Positions 13,460 through 27,500 of a DNA stretch of 64,000 nucleotides are shown here, in pieces; the first letter of the stretch is position 1, and the number at the start of each line of letters is the position of its first letter. The translations under genes and the position numbers were made by a program. Source of the stretch: Raillietiella orientalis (taxonomy: Eukaryota); contig JAYWIR010000014.1 of the NCBI GenBank assembly GCA_036172245.1, forward strand, positions 1,984,001 to 2,048,000. Direction: 5' to 3'. The notes below the pieces were generated by a model that did not search any database, was not told the origin of the DNA, and worked only from the letters and a program-made list of their open reading frames with translations.

Positions 13460-15466
13460 CAATCAGGCACTCTTTTCTTATGAATGGAATTTGTGCTTTG
13501 CTACTTGAACACCGGTCGGTTTCGTCAGCATGAAGAACTGAAGACATCCAGGGCTCTCATTAATGCTTGCTATTATCCAGGGCTCACAGGTCACCGCAGT
13601 TTCTTGTGATTTCTCCGCTTCTGTAGAGAACTTACGTGTCTTTGTTGCCACCGTTTCCTCTTAGAACGCAGATGAGGCAGGAAAAAAGGAAGCAAAACGG
13701 TTTTTCTCGATCAGAAAGGATCGAAAGAGCCACCACGTTCTCCTTCAAGTTTCATATTGCCGTTGTATGCTCTTCCCACTTACTGATACGCATAATTTTT
13801 CATGTGGGTACAATAAAAACAATATTCAGTTCTTTTCGTGCTCTTTATGTGGTGGAGAATCGAATGTGTTCTTTGATTTCCAGCGCGCTTTGCGCAGCCG
13901 TCCTTGAGATCAACTACTATAGGTAAGCAGCAGCGGGCGCAAAGTATTCTAACAAAAAACAGTATTTTTTAAAAAAACAAACACACAGCAGAAACAATTG
14001 GCCTTCATCTGCAGTGCCATATATTTTTCATTTTGAGAGCCTTTTGCTGCCGATAGAGGATATCCGTGTATTCCAGAGGTCCCAGGTAGCAAGTGTTCGC
14101 AAGGTTCCCAGAATTTTTGCTTCCTACGGAAATACAAGGCTGTTTGACAGAGGAATTGGCTAACGATTCCTTGATGGTGTCTATTCGTCTCTTATTGAAG
14201 AAGCAGATTTTTCTCGGAGCTTACTCCGCTAATGCATTTTTGATTCCTATGTATTGTGCACTTGAGGTCTTTTGTAAGTTTGCTAAGTCACTAGAGGTTC
14301 ATGTAATGTGTTGCATCACATTTTAGTACCAATAGAAACCTATTTTCAGCAGTTTCTGTTTTAATAGTTCTAGTAATATGTGCTGAACGGTCATATTTAC
14401 GCCTTATTTCTTGTGATTATTTCTGCATCTTTGTTTTCGCGCTCGAAACGAGTGATTATTTTCCCCGTGTGGTCTTTGCTTCAGTGCTGGACTCGTTAAT
14501 GGTCTTCCATGAATCAACGTCCAAAATCACCGTCGAGACTTTTAAATTTTCGCATATTTTGGGGGATTGGAGGGTGCGTTGTATTCACAACCTAAACGAA
14601 GAAAGTATTTCGCAACAGATCTATTCGCAGTAGGTCGATGCTGTTGCCCCGGTGTTTGGAAAGAGTCCCATATGCTTTATCCTACTCGGCATTGTCTTGT
14701 AATAGACGCGGATATGATAAACGATAAAATGTGATTTCTCCGGAGTCTGGATTCTTACAGAGAAGAATAAAAGAGGGCACATCTTGGAGTTTGCTGAACA
14801 TTCCATTTGTAATCAATTCCAGCGTTTCCATGTTTCAGTATTTTAATTTTTTTGGCTTCGTTTTCTGCCCCGTTGCCTTCCAATCCTACGAAGCCTTGCC
14901 CGTGTGCCCTTATGGAACATTTCGCTTAGCGTCCTTCCTCCGCCGCTTCTCCGTGCCAGTATCTCCATCAGGATCTCTACAGCGTTCATCTGCACTTTGC
15001 GGAGGCATCAGCACACTTCCAAAGTTGCGAGCTACGGCGTTGCGTGCCTCCGCGCGAATGGTGAAAGCATGTGCTTATGCTGTTGGTTTGCTTATTTGTA
15101 TCCTCTTGATTTTTTCATTTTCGTGCTGGATTCTGTCACTTGAGGTTATTTCAACTGCTAACTGTTGAAAGCAGGGAAGCAACATGAATAATTTACTCCG
15201 GTCAAAAGAAACGCCTCTCAGTGTGCAGTAGATTTGGGCGTAGTCCTTTCGGAGAAAAGTTGAGCGTGACTAGTCCTTTCTCTTACGTGATTCGAAAGAA
15301 CTTTATCATACTGCAGATTTTCTTGGGAGGAGATCTTCGAGACATTCTGGCAGGGAGCTTCAAATACAACGACGAGAACAAGAACTCACCGGGAAGCGTC
15401 CCTCAGATGTGCGCGATTCCATTTCAGAGTAGCGGCAGAAAGACAGGACCTCAGCACTGGTGTTAG
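13460..15466 (+). CDS. Probable divergent rhodopsin-like (class A) GPCR, multi-exon; 5' exons uncertain
   Basis: Spliceable hydrophobic segments occur in receptor order: TM3-like VFSVSVLIVLVICAER (DRY-like ER; splice ttt t|gtaagt...ttttcag|ca), TM5-like FQYFNFFGFVFCPV, basic ICL3 then TM6-like RASARMVKACAYAVGLLICILLIFSFSCW, and TM7/helix 8 SVTSPFSY|IFLGGDLRDIL (NPxxY-like). Stop at 15464-15466. Exon boundaries are only partly resolved. Confidence 0.5.
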
Positions 15467-16836
15467 CGTTGTGCCAAAAAAGTGGACGAATTCCTTGACT
15501 CTGCGCATAAAGCCATTCCTTCTAGGTAGTAGTACATCTTGTATTCGATTCTGAATAAAATACACTACACATGCATATGGACTATGATTTGATTTCTGCT
15601 CTAAGGAACATAAAAGCCGAATAAAAATCCTAGAGAGTCCACATCTCAAAGAGAGAAAGATTTGTTTTGACATATTTAGTTTTTCTTAGTTCTCGCTACT
15701 TTGGACAGCCCTCAGACAGAAACTCGATGGATGATGTGCACACATTTGCCAACAACTTAATTATCTCACGTCCAAAAATTAGAGTCACAGTCTCCTTTAT
15801 GATGTACTGAAATTCCGTCACGTATTCACAATTGGAATCTCTGCAAAAAATGCTGCTGGGAAGACGATCATTTGCTGTTTTGATCTCAGCATACTCTCAG
15901 AAAGCTCAACCTGAGCTGTAGATTAAGTACGCATGGTGATGCCCCATCAGGCACCGCCTGACTTCTTTTTCTGTTGTTCCCAAGTCAGATGAACCCTTTG
16001 AAAGAAGAAACAGAGGATAACTCTTGTCCTCCTGGTTGCTCATGTAGCTTGCCTTGCAAGGAAAACACGGGTTCGCAAATGCGGCATCCACATCATTCTA
16101 TCACGATTTGATAATCGGAAATTGCTGCTTGTTTGTCATCATCTTTGATAGCAGAGGACACAGGATGCCTGCAGGATTCACATGGAGCGACGTGTCCTCG
16201 TTGGACTCAAGCACGGTGATGAACGGTGACGTTCTGCAACTAAATTCTGACGGTTATGTGGGAATGAGGCACGCAATCATTTTGGGTCTCGGTTTAACTT
16301 GATGCAGGAAATGCAACAAGGATATTCTTCTCCATCCCGAAAATGCCGCATCGCTTCATCAAGCAAAGAAGCTGTTGCAAAATCAAGATGCTCAGAGAAT
16401 CGTTTGGAATCCTTCTAGCCTTTAATGTCTACTGGGGTTATCGAAACTCGAGGATTAGCTGAAATAAAGGGTAGTTCCCCGGAATTCATCGAACCCATTT
16501 AAACAAACAAACCAAAAAAAAAAAAAGACCATTCAATGAAGTCAAACAAAGCAAGGAAGGAATGAAGAAACCAAACAGATTTTGAAAAATTTTTCTTTTG
16601 TAGGCGCGAAGGAAGAATTCTTGTAGGATTCTGTCGTATCGTCGTCCAACAAGCGTTTCCAAGTAAAGGGATTGCATGGTTTCGGAAGCCACGGTACCTC
16701 TGAGTGATCGGGGTTGGAGGCTTCAGTTGAAAGCATGCTTGCTTCTGTCGGGAACCCCTGCTGAAACAATCATGGAAGTTGTGTGTCCCAAGAGACCCCC
16801 AGACGTACAGCGGCTATTGCTTTGATGGGGGTGCAA

Positions 16837-19100
16837 TCACGACGGTATGAATGTTATTGCGTTCATGGAAACTTCATCCTCACTCGCACTCAAGACTCCA
16901 TCATATATTAAAACATCATCCACGAGAATCTGAGAGGAAATCCCTTACAGCATTAACAACCGCAAAGTAATTCTACGACTACTTCAATGTTTTTGACACC
17001 TCGGCTAGAGGACTCGCCATAGTTCCAGATGCGGAACGTGGACACGGTTGTCGGCTTGTCGAAGACTATGTAAATCAGGTTCACCTGGAAGCCACTGCCG
17101 AACGAACCTATTGCACTCTATTCTTACTAGTCCGGAAAGTATGGGACTGAGCCACATGTGCCGAGGATCCACCGTGTCGTAAAATCCATCAATCAGTTTT
17201 TCAGGAGTGCGCTCGTCCGAGTGCGGACCGGGAAGAACGTTCGTGCACGGAGGGAAGGCAGCAATATCTGAGCCGCCATTTTAGACGTAGAAAAGGACTC
17301 ACTTTTGGAATGGAGAACGATTCGTTCCGCGTTGTCATCGAGAAGCTCGATTCCATTGAGACCTACGTACTCGGAGTCACCCCAAGTGGTCAGTAATCGT
17401 AACTGAAATACGAATCCGCGTGGAATTATGAGCGTCCTCGACTCTTTGTGATCCAGGGACAGATTTGCTGGATCGCAAGCATCCTTGTCAAAGAACGTAT
17501 CGGGGGAGTCTATCCGAAAGCAGAGGTCTTGACTGAAATCGAAATGAAGGTGTCCTGGACCTTGTCTTAGGAAAAAATCGTTTTCGGAGAAAAGCAGCTT
17601 CCCATCAAATTCCACTCTCATGTACTTGGCCTGAAAACACGGACGCAATTTTTTTAAAAGATATGTAAACACATGCCACTCACCCCTTTCGTCGTTCCCT
17701 TACCCTTAGGGCTGTTGTAGTTCCATATTTTCATACCGCTGATTCGGCATTTCTGACGAAAACACATAGTGAGCGAGTATGGTTTGTTGTTCGTAAACTT
17801 CACGGACCACATGTGGACTTCATCATCGGTGTGACGAATCCCGTTAAACAAGCTGAATTTATGAAATGGAAAGGCATGACGTTTTTTTTTTTGTTTCAAA
17901 CTGCTGCCGACTAACTTGCAAATTTCAGGACAGATAGTTTCTGCAGAAGAGTTCTCGACAGAGATGTTGCAGTCATTGATGAGAATTTCTCTGCCAGTGT
18001 CGTCGATAACAGCCAACGCGGTTAAACCTACCAGGTGTAACCAAGGGTGCTGTTCCGCTTGCGCAATTTTTACCTAATTCAGAGGGATGAGACCAATTCT
18101 CCAAAAACGTGATGCGCAGGCACAGACCCTCGTTGATTCTTGGGCACCGCGAATCGTGCCTTTTCTGGAGCAGCTCTACTTGCTGCTCCCAGCAGCATTC
18201 CGATAAAAAAAAAAAAAAATGATTAGCAACAGCGAGACCTCCCTTAGGAACCTACCTCTACGGGAGGATTAGAAGTGGATTTTCCTACCGCGGTTAGATT
18301 GTCAACAAATGCATCGTGAAGCTTTGAATTTCCACTGAAGCACTTCCGCGGCACCTGAATGGGCTCAAGAGAATTCTCGTCGCTAGAGAAAAAGATTGTC
18401 TAACAAAAAGAATAGAGGTATGAGCTGACAAATGCCCGCGGATCAATGAGGTACATCTCCGTAAGTTCCTCCGTACGCTCTGGCCACCTCTCCTTGGAAG
18501 ATGGTGACTCCATCAAGCAGTATTTCCAGCTCCCGAACTCCGCGCGAAGAATGGAGCCGTGATCTGTTGTAGTTCTGCGAGGAGCCGTCATTTCAAACAA
18601 CCAGTGTTTCGACTATCATCTACCCATATCTTTATCTGGGACAGCTGAATCTTTTCCTCGAGTTCGATGTAAACAAGGTGGTCCGCACCGTGGGTAAACG
18701 GAGTTAGCCACATGTGCGTGTTGTCTCTGGTCTCGTTGACGCCATCAATGAGATTCATGATAACTCGAGGATCGGAATTGTATTTGGTCAGGATACTGAT
18801 TCCTGGTGGAACCGCCCAGATCTACAGAATTCGTATCTGAAAAGTCCGCTTGACAGGGTGGAAACCTTTTTAATGCTCGCGGGAACTCCTTCATCGCGAA
18901 AAATCTCGATTCCAGTTAAACCGATGAAAAAGTGGTCACCCCAAGTGTTCAGAAGGTTGAAGATCAATAATTTGCCTTCAGGATACGGCAGGGAAACCTT
19001 TTTGCCTTCCGGAACGGTGCTTTCTGAGTATTTTGCAAAAACGTGCGTATGCAAACTTTTCATTTCAATGTTTCTCTCTAAGCTGTCATCAGAAGTGCAT
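16837..19100 (-). CDS. KATNIP: Katanin-interacting protein (KIAA0556), C-terminal three DUF4457 repeats; multi-exon
   Basis: Exons encode LPYPEGKLLIFNLLNTWGDHFFIGLTGIEIF, LINGVNETRDNAHMWLTPF, RGVRELEILLDG, LFNGIRHTDDEVHMWSV...ISGMKIWNYNS, FLRQGPGHLHFDFSQDL, PRGFVFQLRLLTTWGDSEYVGLNGIEL, DPRHMWLSPILSG and VFDKPTTVSTFRIWNY...RGVK|ILVDDVLIYDGVL. TGA at 16837-16839. Confidence 0.92.
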
Positions 19101-22100
19101 TCTGCAAATAAAGAAACGAACAAAACAAGTCTCGCTCCAGCATCTCAACAGGGGCTTTGTGCGTCTTTGCATATTCATCTCAAGGTTCGAAAAATCTCCT
19201 CCTCGAGACTTTGAAGCATCCTAGTTGCAGAAGATTACAGAAAGGGTTGCTCGCAAGTCGCAGACAAGTCCCATAAAGAGAGAAGGGGCAAAATATTCTT
19301 GCAGGAGCGCAATTCCCATGCACGTGCATCGGAAGTGAACTCTTACTCGTAAACGGATCACAAACGCTCGCTGATCATCATCAGTAGGTGTGATTCGAGC
19401 TAAGATCATTGACTTCGTTTGTGCTCTACATCGCTCAGTGTACTTTCGACCCCCTGCCCGTTCTAACGACGTAGTGCTCGACGTCACGAAACACTAATTC
19501 GATAACGCTTTAAGTGTTGTTTCAACCAAGAAAAGACGGATCGAAGCGTTGCATATGCTTCGACGTACCCGCAGAGGTGCACTCTCCAAGGGAAGAACAC
19601 ACTTTTGTAGCAAAACGCCATCGCAGCAGACGAAGAAGCTGACTTTTGTGGCTGACCACATAGGTTTACAAAGAATTACATACGGAACAGTGAACAAATA
19701 AAAGCCGCAGCAGCGAAAATGATGTGAAGCTATGAGCCTCGAGAAGAGATTACAGAGATCGGAAAACGGAACATGTATTGCACGTCGTCTCACTGTCTCT
19801 GAGCTGGATGCTCTCATTTCTAAACGGATCCTTCTGATTGATTACTAGTTTCGTGTTTCGAGAGTGAAAAAAAAACAAAATGAACTGCACCCAGGACAGC
19901 TGGAGAACACTTAGTAAACGGAGGTGCCACACAGTGAAGGTCACAGAAATCGTTGCAGCTCTCTTTCCTTGCTGTTGAAGCTGTTCTTTAACAGGAAAAA
20001 AAAATATGATATAAAATATGATAGATTCGTTTATGAAACTTCTTCCACCAATGTCCAACGCACAGAGTCGTCGTTGCTTAGGAACCCAGCACGATGTACT
20101 TCCTGGTTTGAACGGCTCGAGAGTTGCAAAATGACCCCATCTCGCGCGCCTATCTCTTCTTCGGAGTCTCTCTTGCCGTTTCTTATGTCAGCCAAAGCCG
20201 AGGACTTCGGGATGAATCCGCACGAAACTGAGCCCAGGGATGCTGAATTTGGAGTAACGATTGCTTTTTTCCCCTCCTGACAACATGGGATTCCGCAGTA
20301 GGCCACGCATGCATGCTGAGCTTCTGAAGCAAGTTGCGATCGAAAAACCAGAGCTCGAATGCCAGTGAGGTCCATGAGGTCACTCACAAGAATGCGATGA
20401 TGACATGAAACAGTGCATCCGAGCTTATCTCGGGTGAGGACCAATGAGATATCTAAGAAGCAAAAAGCTTTGGCTTGCGACATACAACGCTGTGTCTAAG
20501 CACAGGGTTGGTAAGTTTGTGTGTTGCTCGAAATGCAAGTCAATCAGTCATGTACACACTCTGAAGAGTGGGTTGGTAATTTCGTGGTTCCTCGCGATGG
20601 AAACGCGGTAACGAAGGCGCTGACGTATCCCATTATAAAGCATTTCTCTGAAGGCCGAGTCTTCAGCACAGGAATCTACGGAGCATTTGCACGGCCGCCG
20701 CCAGGGAGAGGAACCGATTCGTGCAGCGGAATGTGCGCGTTTCATCCTAAAAGACTGAAATAGGAAGATAACGGAAGAGCACCTGGATCAACACGAATTG
20801 GCACGAGGATTTCGACTTTGGTTAGACAAATCGTTTAAAACTCGTGCAGACAGGTTTCAGACGGTCGCTTACGTCCGCATCTCTGAAACAGCATCCTAGA
20901 AATCGGATGTGACAGTCCGATAATTTCGGATCGTTGATCTTGCATAACCCACGGCACACACATCCTGAAAAATCTTTCGGGATTCCTCGCTCCTGCTTGA
21001 ATTCGAAATTCGGGAACTGCTTTCGAGAGACACTTCCAGTTTTTCGGGGAAGGGAACCATCCGTGGTTTGCGCAGTCGCTTGGAACCTTAAGGGGTCCTC
21101 CTCCACCACATAAGGGGGACATACACACCACAAAGGAAAGGGAACGTACGAACTACTCATACGGTAGATCTTCCCGTGTAGAACGCGAATTCGTATAACG
21201 CGACGAAAACATGGCAGCGGCCTTCGTACAAGGCGGAGAGTCAGCTTCGTAGGACGCTGTGGATCAGTCTTGATTTTGTGGCAGAGCCTCGTTTCAGCTG
21301 CTTTTGGAAAAGAACACGAAACACATAACTTACGTAGGTTGAAACCGATTTCATTCAAATTTTTGTGGATCAAATAGCGCGAGAAGATACGTTTTTCAAG
21401 AGCGATGGAGCTGAAACGATAGAATTGTTTAAATCGGTAAAACTCTAAAAGTGTTTTTTCACTTTAAGTTAGAGCATTTCAATTATTTTTGTTTCTCTTA
21501 AACCAAAATAATAAATATTCTATGGTTATAAAGTTTAAGATGCATTTTATGAATTTTGTGAAAAAACATGCCATATTCCCCATGTATCATGGGTTTCCAT
21601 AGGGCTCCTACAATGCGGAACGTATACCCCGCGTTATATGGGGCTTACTGTACTTTTTCTTTTCTTACAAACCATGCTTTTCGCACCATTGTTCCCACTG
21701 TCATATTTTCATCAAGCTCTAGAGAACCGAAAGCACGTTTTTTCACAACTGAATGAGTTCTGGAAGACACAGGAATCCCCCCCCCCCTTCCTCCCCCTAC
21801 TCAGTTGTGCCGACAGAACTGACTCCTTTGTCAGATTCCCGATCGGCATTTGCATTTCTCGTCGCTCGATCAGTGGTCACCAGAGCGATCGGCATCGCCC
21901 TGGTGACCACTGCAGACGACTTTTTTGGCAGGGGGAAAGTCCACTGCAAGGATCGCATACAGCTAGCCTCCTGTATCAGCCTTTCCGATCTCCGCGCTCG
22001 CACCTTGAAGAATTTCTCGAAAAGGAAACTCTTCGAGCTCTTACGGTTCCGAATTCGTCTCGCGGAATTCCCCTAACACCCCTTGCTGCGGCACTGCTGA

Positions 22101-23779
22101 GAAGAAGACTTCTCGCGGCTTCACGACGCGTCTCCCTCACTTTTCTCACTGCGTAGATGAAGCAGATGCGTGACTGACTGCCTGGAGAGTGCGCAGTTGG
22201 ATGCGGCGGAGACCACTCGCGGAGCAGCACACAAAGTTACAGCCGACTTTCGTGGATTCCTGGATTTCGAGAAGAGCACGCGGCTAGGGCGCTCCGGGTG
22301 CAAAAGGCAGCAACCTCCTTCTTAATGGAATTTGGCGGAACGAACTTCGTGCGAGCGGAATCCAAGCCATTACAAAGGCCCTCGGGCTTCTAGAACAGCC
22401 TCTGGCTACCTAATCCGTCCGCCTTCCTGGGAGCTGCAGTGAATTCCGTCCGAGATGCAAAATTTCAGAGCTCTGAAGGGTTGAGGTGCAGACGAGAAGA
22501 GTGGGAGCGGCATCCGATGACCGGTGCGGGAGCACGAAACGTCGCTCGTCCTAATGAGGTTTTGCGCGGGGTGCCATCGAGAGGAGGTGGTTTCTGCACG
22601 CGACCGATCCTGTGCACAGTGTCCATCCATCCAAAATCCTGGTTGCAGGGTATCGCAATGTTGTGGCAGACACTCATGGAACTCTGCGACCCACCGCGGT
22701 CATCATCCTCGTTCGAGAACATCATCCTCTCGTGGAGCAGCTTCTGGATCCCTGCCATAACAAGCGGGTGCGGCGATTTCCCGGAGCAGCCGAGATGGAA
22801 AAGCAACGGGTCACATGCACTGGGCAGAATGGTTACATCTTTCCGAAAAGTGACAGCTGCTGCTTGTTCTTAGGCAGAGTCGGTAATCGTTTGTTCGAAG
22901 CTTTCGGACATTTCGTGAGATTTCCAGGATGGCCGCATCAATCTTTTTTGTTGTTGTTGCTGCTGTTGTTTTCTCCCGAGAACAAAGAAACGCTTTTCGA
23001 CCGGTCCATCCCACGACTGGAACCTTCCTTAACTACACCAAGATCTTTGGTACATTTGATGTGCCGGTCGCATCATGAGGGGAGTTTTCGGCTGCCTCCC
23101 GTGGGCAGAGCGATCCACCCGAACCGATGGGCGTCGCGCTCTTTACCTTGTACGTAATCCGTGTGTACGATACTTTTGGACGAAATGGTGACCTTGGGAT
23201 CACCCTCGTAAGTCAGCGACCAAGTCGGGGAGCCGGCAAGCTTCGTGTCGTTATTGTTTTCCAGGATCGTACACTGGCTAGAGAACACGGAGCTGTCGGG
23301 TTCGGAGGAAGACATCCGGATTTCCACGAACGAAGCGCCCCGTGAGCACGACCTGCAAAACACACACACAAAAAAAAACACCTGGCGGCCTCGACCTCAC
23401 GCTTGGTGTTCACTGCACTTTTCGAAAGCGACTTCGCTCTGGGACTCTTTCGGGGGGAGGTTCCGCCTCATCTCGTCGCCGCCGTGCTCGGGGATTCTCC
23501 CCTTCTCCTTCCTGGACTCTGCCTCTGACTCGTCAGAAATCTCCCCCAGCCATCTTCCCACGGAGAATCGTCCCAACGCGTGGCTGATCCACTCCGAAGC
23601 GTGCTGGTGGTGACCGAGCTCCCGTTCTGGCGGTTGAAATGTCCGAATGAGTCACGGCTCGCGGCATGCATGCTGCTACTGCTGCTTGTGCGGATGGGCA
23701 AGCAGCAGCAGCAGCGCGGCGCAGAGCGCTCGCGTGCGGGGCGAGCACTGCGCACCCGTCTGACGCGGAAACAGAGCGA

Positions 23780-24510
23780 CCGCTTCTTGCTTGCAGATGA
23801 GCTCCCCGTAATCTTGCGTACAGCTTGGCTGCGAGATCTTCAGGATCCCCTTGTAGAACAGCCTCCCTCGAGCGACTACGGTGACATTCTTCGCCCCTGC
23901 GTCCATCTCCTAGCGAGTCTCTCCATGTGGGACGCTTCTTCGCGCCCGAGAAACCCGTTACTTTCAAGCCGTGGTAGTTCCAGACTTTGATGGCCCCGAC
24001 CTCCGCGTTCTCGCTGGAGACGATGAACTTCAGGGTGACGATGTCCCCGAGCTTGAAGTCGCATGACCACATCGAAGTTTTCCTCCAGGTCTGAAAGAGG
24101 GGGGGTGGGAGGAGGCGATCCAGCGCTCGATAATGCAAGGGAAGCTACCTTCACTTCACCGTTAAACAGAGTCGCCAGGTCCGGGCACAGGCTGTTGTCC
24201 CGCTCGCTCCTCATAACCTTGGGGCTCATCCTGAGACCCATCCGGTCGAAGAAGCGTATCTCGGTCAGGCCCAGTTTGGAGGGGTGACCCCAGTTCGAAA
24301 AGATCTGCAGAGTCACCGCAATTTCCTCGACGTGGACTTTCCCTGGGAGGCTGAAGGGCAGGACCATCGCCTCCCGGGGTATTCCTCGGAGCTGCCTGGT
24401 TCCGACTACTGGGAAATTTCTGCCCTCCACGGGCGGCGGCTTTCGTCTCCTGGCTTGCGTGTGGCACATTTTGCACACCTCCTTCCTGACGTCGATGAGA
24501 TCCCTTGGTT
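23780..24510 (-). CDS. KATNIP: KATNIP N-terminal DUF4457 repeat; probably upstream exons of the same gene, which may extend to ~25.4 kb
   Basis: Exons give VTLQIFSNWGHPSKLGLTEIRFFD...LATLFNGEVK|TWRKTSMWSCDF...AIKVWNYHGLK|EMDAGAKNVTVVARGRLFYKGIL, matching the first KATNIP repeat (SNWG...GLTEVEFF...DIGAKNV). Confidence 0.8.
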
Positions 24511-27500
24511 CCGCCAGAAAACAAGCACATAAATAAACACGCTTTGCCCACCCATCCACCCTCCCACTCCCGCTCCAAAAAAAAAAAGAAAAAGTGGGGG
24601 TGGGCGAACCGAGGATGCTGCTGATCAGTGACTGCCTGGTGCAAACGACCAGAGGGAAAGGGCAAACCGTTCCCTCCGGTAGTCGTTCCCTGAAAGCCAG
24701 ATCTTCCCGCAGCTGAAGCCATTATCCCTCACACCGGGTGGACAGGCCTTTCGCGAAATTTCGGATTGCACCACCTCGACACGCATCCGGAGGGAGGATG
24801 CAACGGCAGCGCAGCCACTCCGCTGCGGGGATGCACGGGAGGAAACTGTCAGGAGCAGGCAGCGAGAAAACTACCGCCTTGAAAGTCGCCGGCTTCCGGA
24901 CGTTTCTCACTGGCGATTCGATTTGCCCGTAGAGCCAGGGGAAGGGTGGCCGACCCGCGCGCCTCTCTCTCTCTCCTGCCTGCCTTCAGATCCTTGAGAA
25001 CCAGAAGAGAGGGGGAGGAAGAAGAAAAAGGGGAAACAAGTTCCAGCGCGCTCCAGAACGGCTCGGAAGAGCGATGGAGATAGGGCTCCGCAGATCTCCA
25101 CAGACGAAAGCAACTCTCGTTCCTGCTTGTTCCCGTTTTGTCCAGAACCGACAATCGTAGGAGAGCGTTCTGGAGACACCCCTGTCCAGGAGCCCTCTGC
25201 AGCCGAGTCCGATGGTGGCCGCTGATACCAAAAAGCGGGAGCGCTCTGGCCGGTTGGCCATCACCACACACGCTCCGCGCCTCGTCCACGCACTTCCCGC
25301 GGCCTGATAGCCCCTCTTCCCTACACAGCTTTACCTCCCCGTCGCGAAATCCCCTCCCCCCTCTTCTGTCGGCAGCCAGCTCACGGCGGCACTTTCCCGG
25401 GCCGGCCATCTCTGCGCAGGACGAGCTGGACGAGCGCACTCTCGAAGGACACCGGATGTGAGGACGATCGGGTCGCTCCTACGCTCTGTGATGTCGATAC
25501 CTCCAGAACAGGTGGTGACGAGCTGTCTCGGTACAGCCCTCCTTATGAACCCTCGAGTGACTGTCGCCAAGGAGCTGCCGCTTTGCTCCGGCTGGACTTT
25601 CGTCCTCCGGCCCGATCGCGGGGTTGAGAGCTCCAGCCTGAGAGCAGCAGCAGCGGTCGCGCTACGCGCAACGCAGTGGAGCAGCTCCAGCGACGCGGGG
25701 GAAGACGTCCTACCCTCTCCGCGGCCGAGGAAGGTGGGACGTGAAGGGGTCACCTTCGCACCGATACCGGAAGGAGAACGCCGCATACATGGGATGCGGG
25801 CCGCAAGAAAGATGCAGGATAGTCAAGCAGTGACTCGCCTTTCCTTTCATGCACTTTTTCATTGGTTGATTTATTTTATTTTTTCCTGTCCCCTTGCTTG
25901 ATGTTCCCTCTTGCGGCCGACCTGCGAGTTGGTGCACCCCAAGGAGTGCGTGGAGGAGTATTTCCGTCTCTTCATTCACGTATGTTAATTTATCTATCCA
26001 CTTGTTATTGCTTGAACGAACGAACGCCCCGAAGACGTGTCCGGGTTCAGCGCAGTGGCCGCGCCCATTCGTTGCACGCTATGCGTCCTTCCTGTCCTGA
26101 AGTCTGCGGGAGCTTTCGCCCACTGGACCGTGTCGCAACGCGGCGTCTGTGCCACGGTGGCAAGAGGACATGACAGAATTTTAAAAAAGTTCAGCGTGCA
26201 GCAGGGAGGAGGAAGGCGAGCAGCAACGACAGGTGAACTTTCTTTGTGTTTTTCCTCGAATAGCACCCAGATTCTTGCCCGAAGCCTCCACCAGGACGGG
26301 CGGAATTCCAGGAAACTTTCAAGCTCACGTGAAAGAGAAATGAAATAAGGGAAAAACAACCATGAAAATCGCGGACCGAGGACGCGCGCTGACGTGGGGG
26401 GATAAGTTCGTTCAAAGGGAGACCTGGAGGCACGAGGGGATCCGGAAACTGACGGTCTGTCAAGGATCCAGGAATCGCGAAATGGAACAGGGCGACGTGG
26501 ATGCCTCGGAATCACCAGCACGTGTTTTCAGCGCCATCGGTTTCCGTGTCATGGACCGCTCGAAACGACTTTCGGATCACATTTACGATGGCCAGAGATG
26601 CAGCATATGGCGTCGGTCGGATTGGCCAAGAATAACTAACGCCCAAGATGTGTTACGAGGAAATCACAAGGTTGAGTCGAGATCGCCATGTCGAAGGGGA
26701 AAAGAATCCGGTATCCCTAAACGGTATTGGGGGTGCGTCAGTGTCATTGAAGTGAATCGTAGAAGAAAGAGAGGACGTTTCAGAATACCAATGGTCATTA
26801 TTTTTTCGATATATGGAAGATCGTTTTGGAGTGTTTCCTCCGTAGAAAGTGGGAACTGAGCTGCGGAACGTTCAGAGTAACAGACCAGGGAGGAATTCAT
26901 TTCAAAAAAAGGCGCAGAAGCCCTTTCTGCAACAACTAACCCATGACCTCTACAATATTCGGTGATTTACAGGTTATTCTCTGCAGTTCTGTTCTTCCAC
27001 TTTGGTTCGAACTGAGTGCAGCTGAAGATTGTTCCTTTTTCGGAACGAACGTCTCAAGAGATCCTCATCCAAAGACACAGATGGTGACAGAAGGAAAAGG
27101 ATCGCTACCACCAGCATGTCGACTGGATCCAAGGAACAAGTCGGTTCGCTTGGAACGAAAAGTGTTTGTTTGTTCCCGAATCTGAAGGCGGGAAACAGTG
27201 CACCCCGAAATGACGACAGTGTGTTCCGCGAGTGTTCGGATGGGAATGATCGTAGTTGAATTGCGGTTCTTCAAGAAACTGCCGTAAAGAGACGATTTAA
27301 GAGTTGCAGTAAAACGAAAAAGCCCAGCTGTTCTTCTTACAACACACAAGAGGCACAAGAGTGCCTACTCGTCCTTGGCAACAGATTCCATTTCTTTCTT
27401 TCTTCCTTTTATGTTTCTTGACGGTTTCGAAAGACAAGTGCAAAAAGGAAAACGCTAGAAAAAAAAAAGAAAAAAACATGGAAGAAATGCGCGAATTTAC

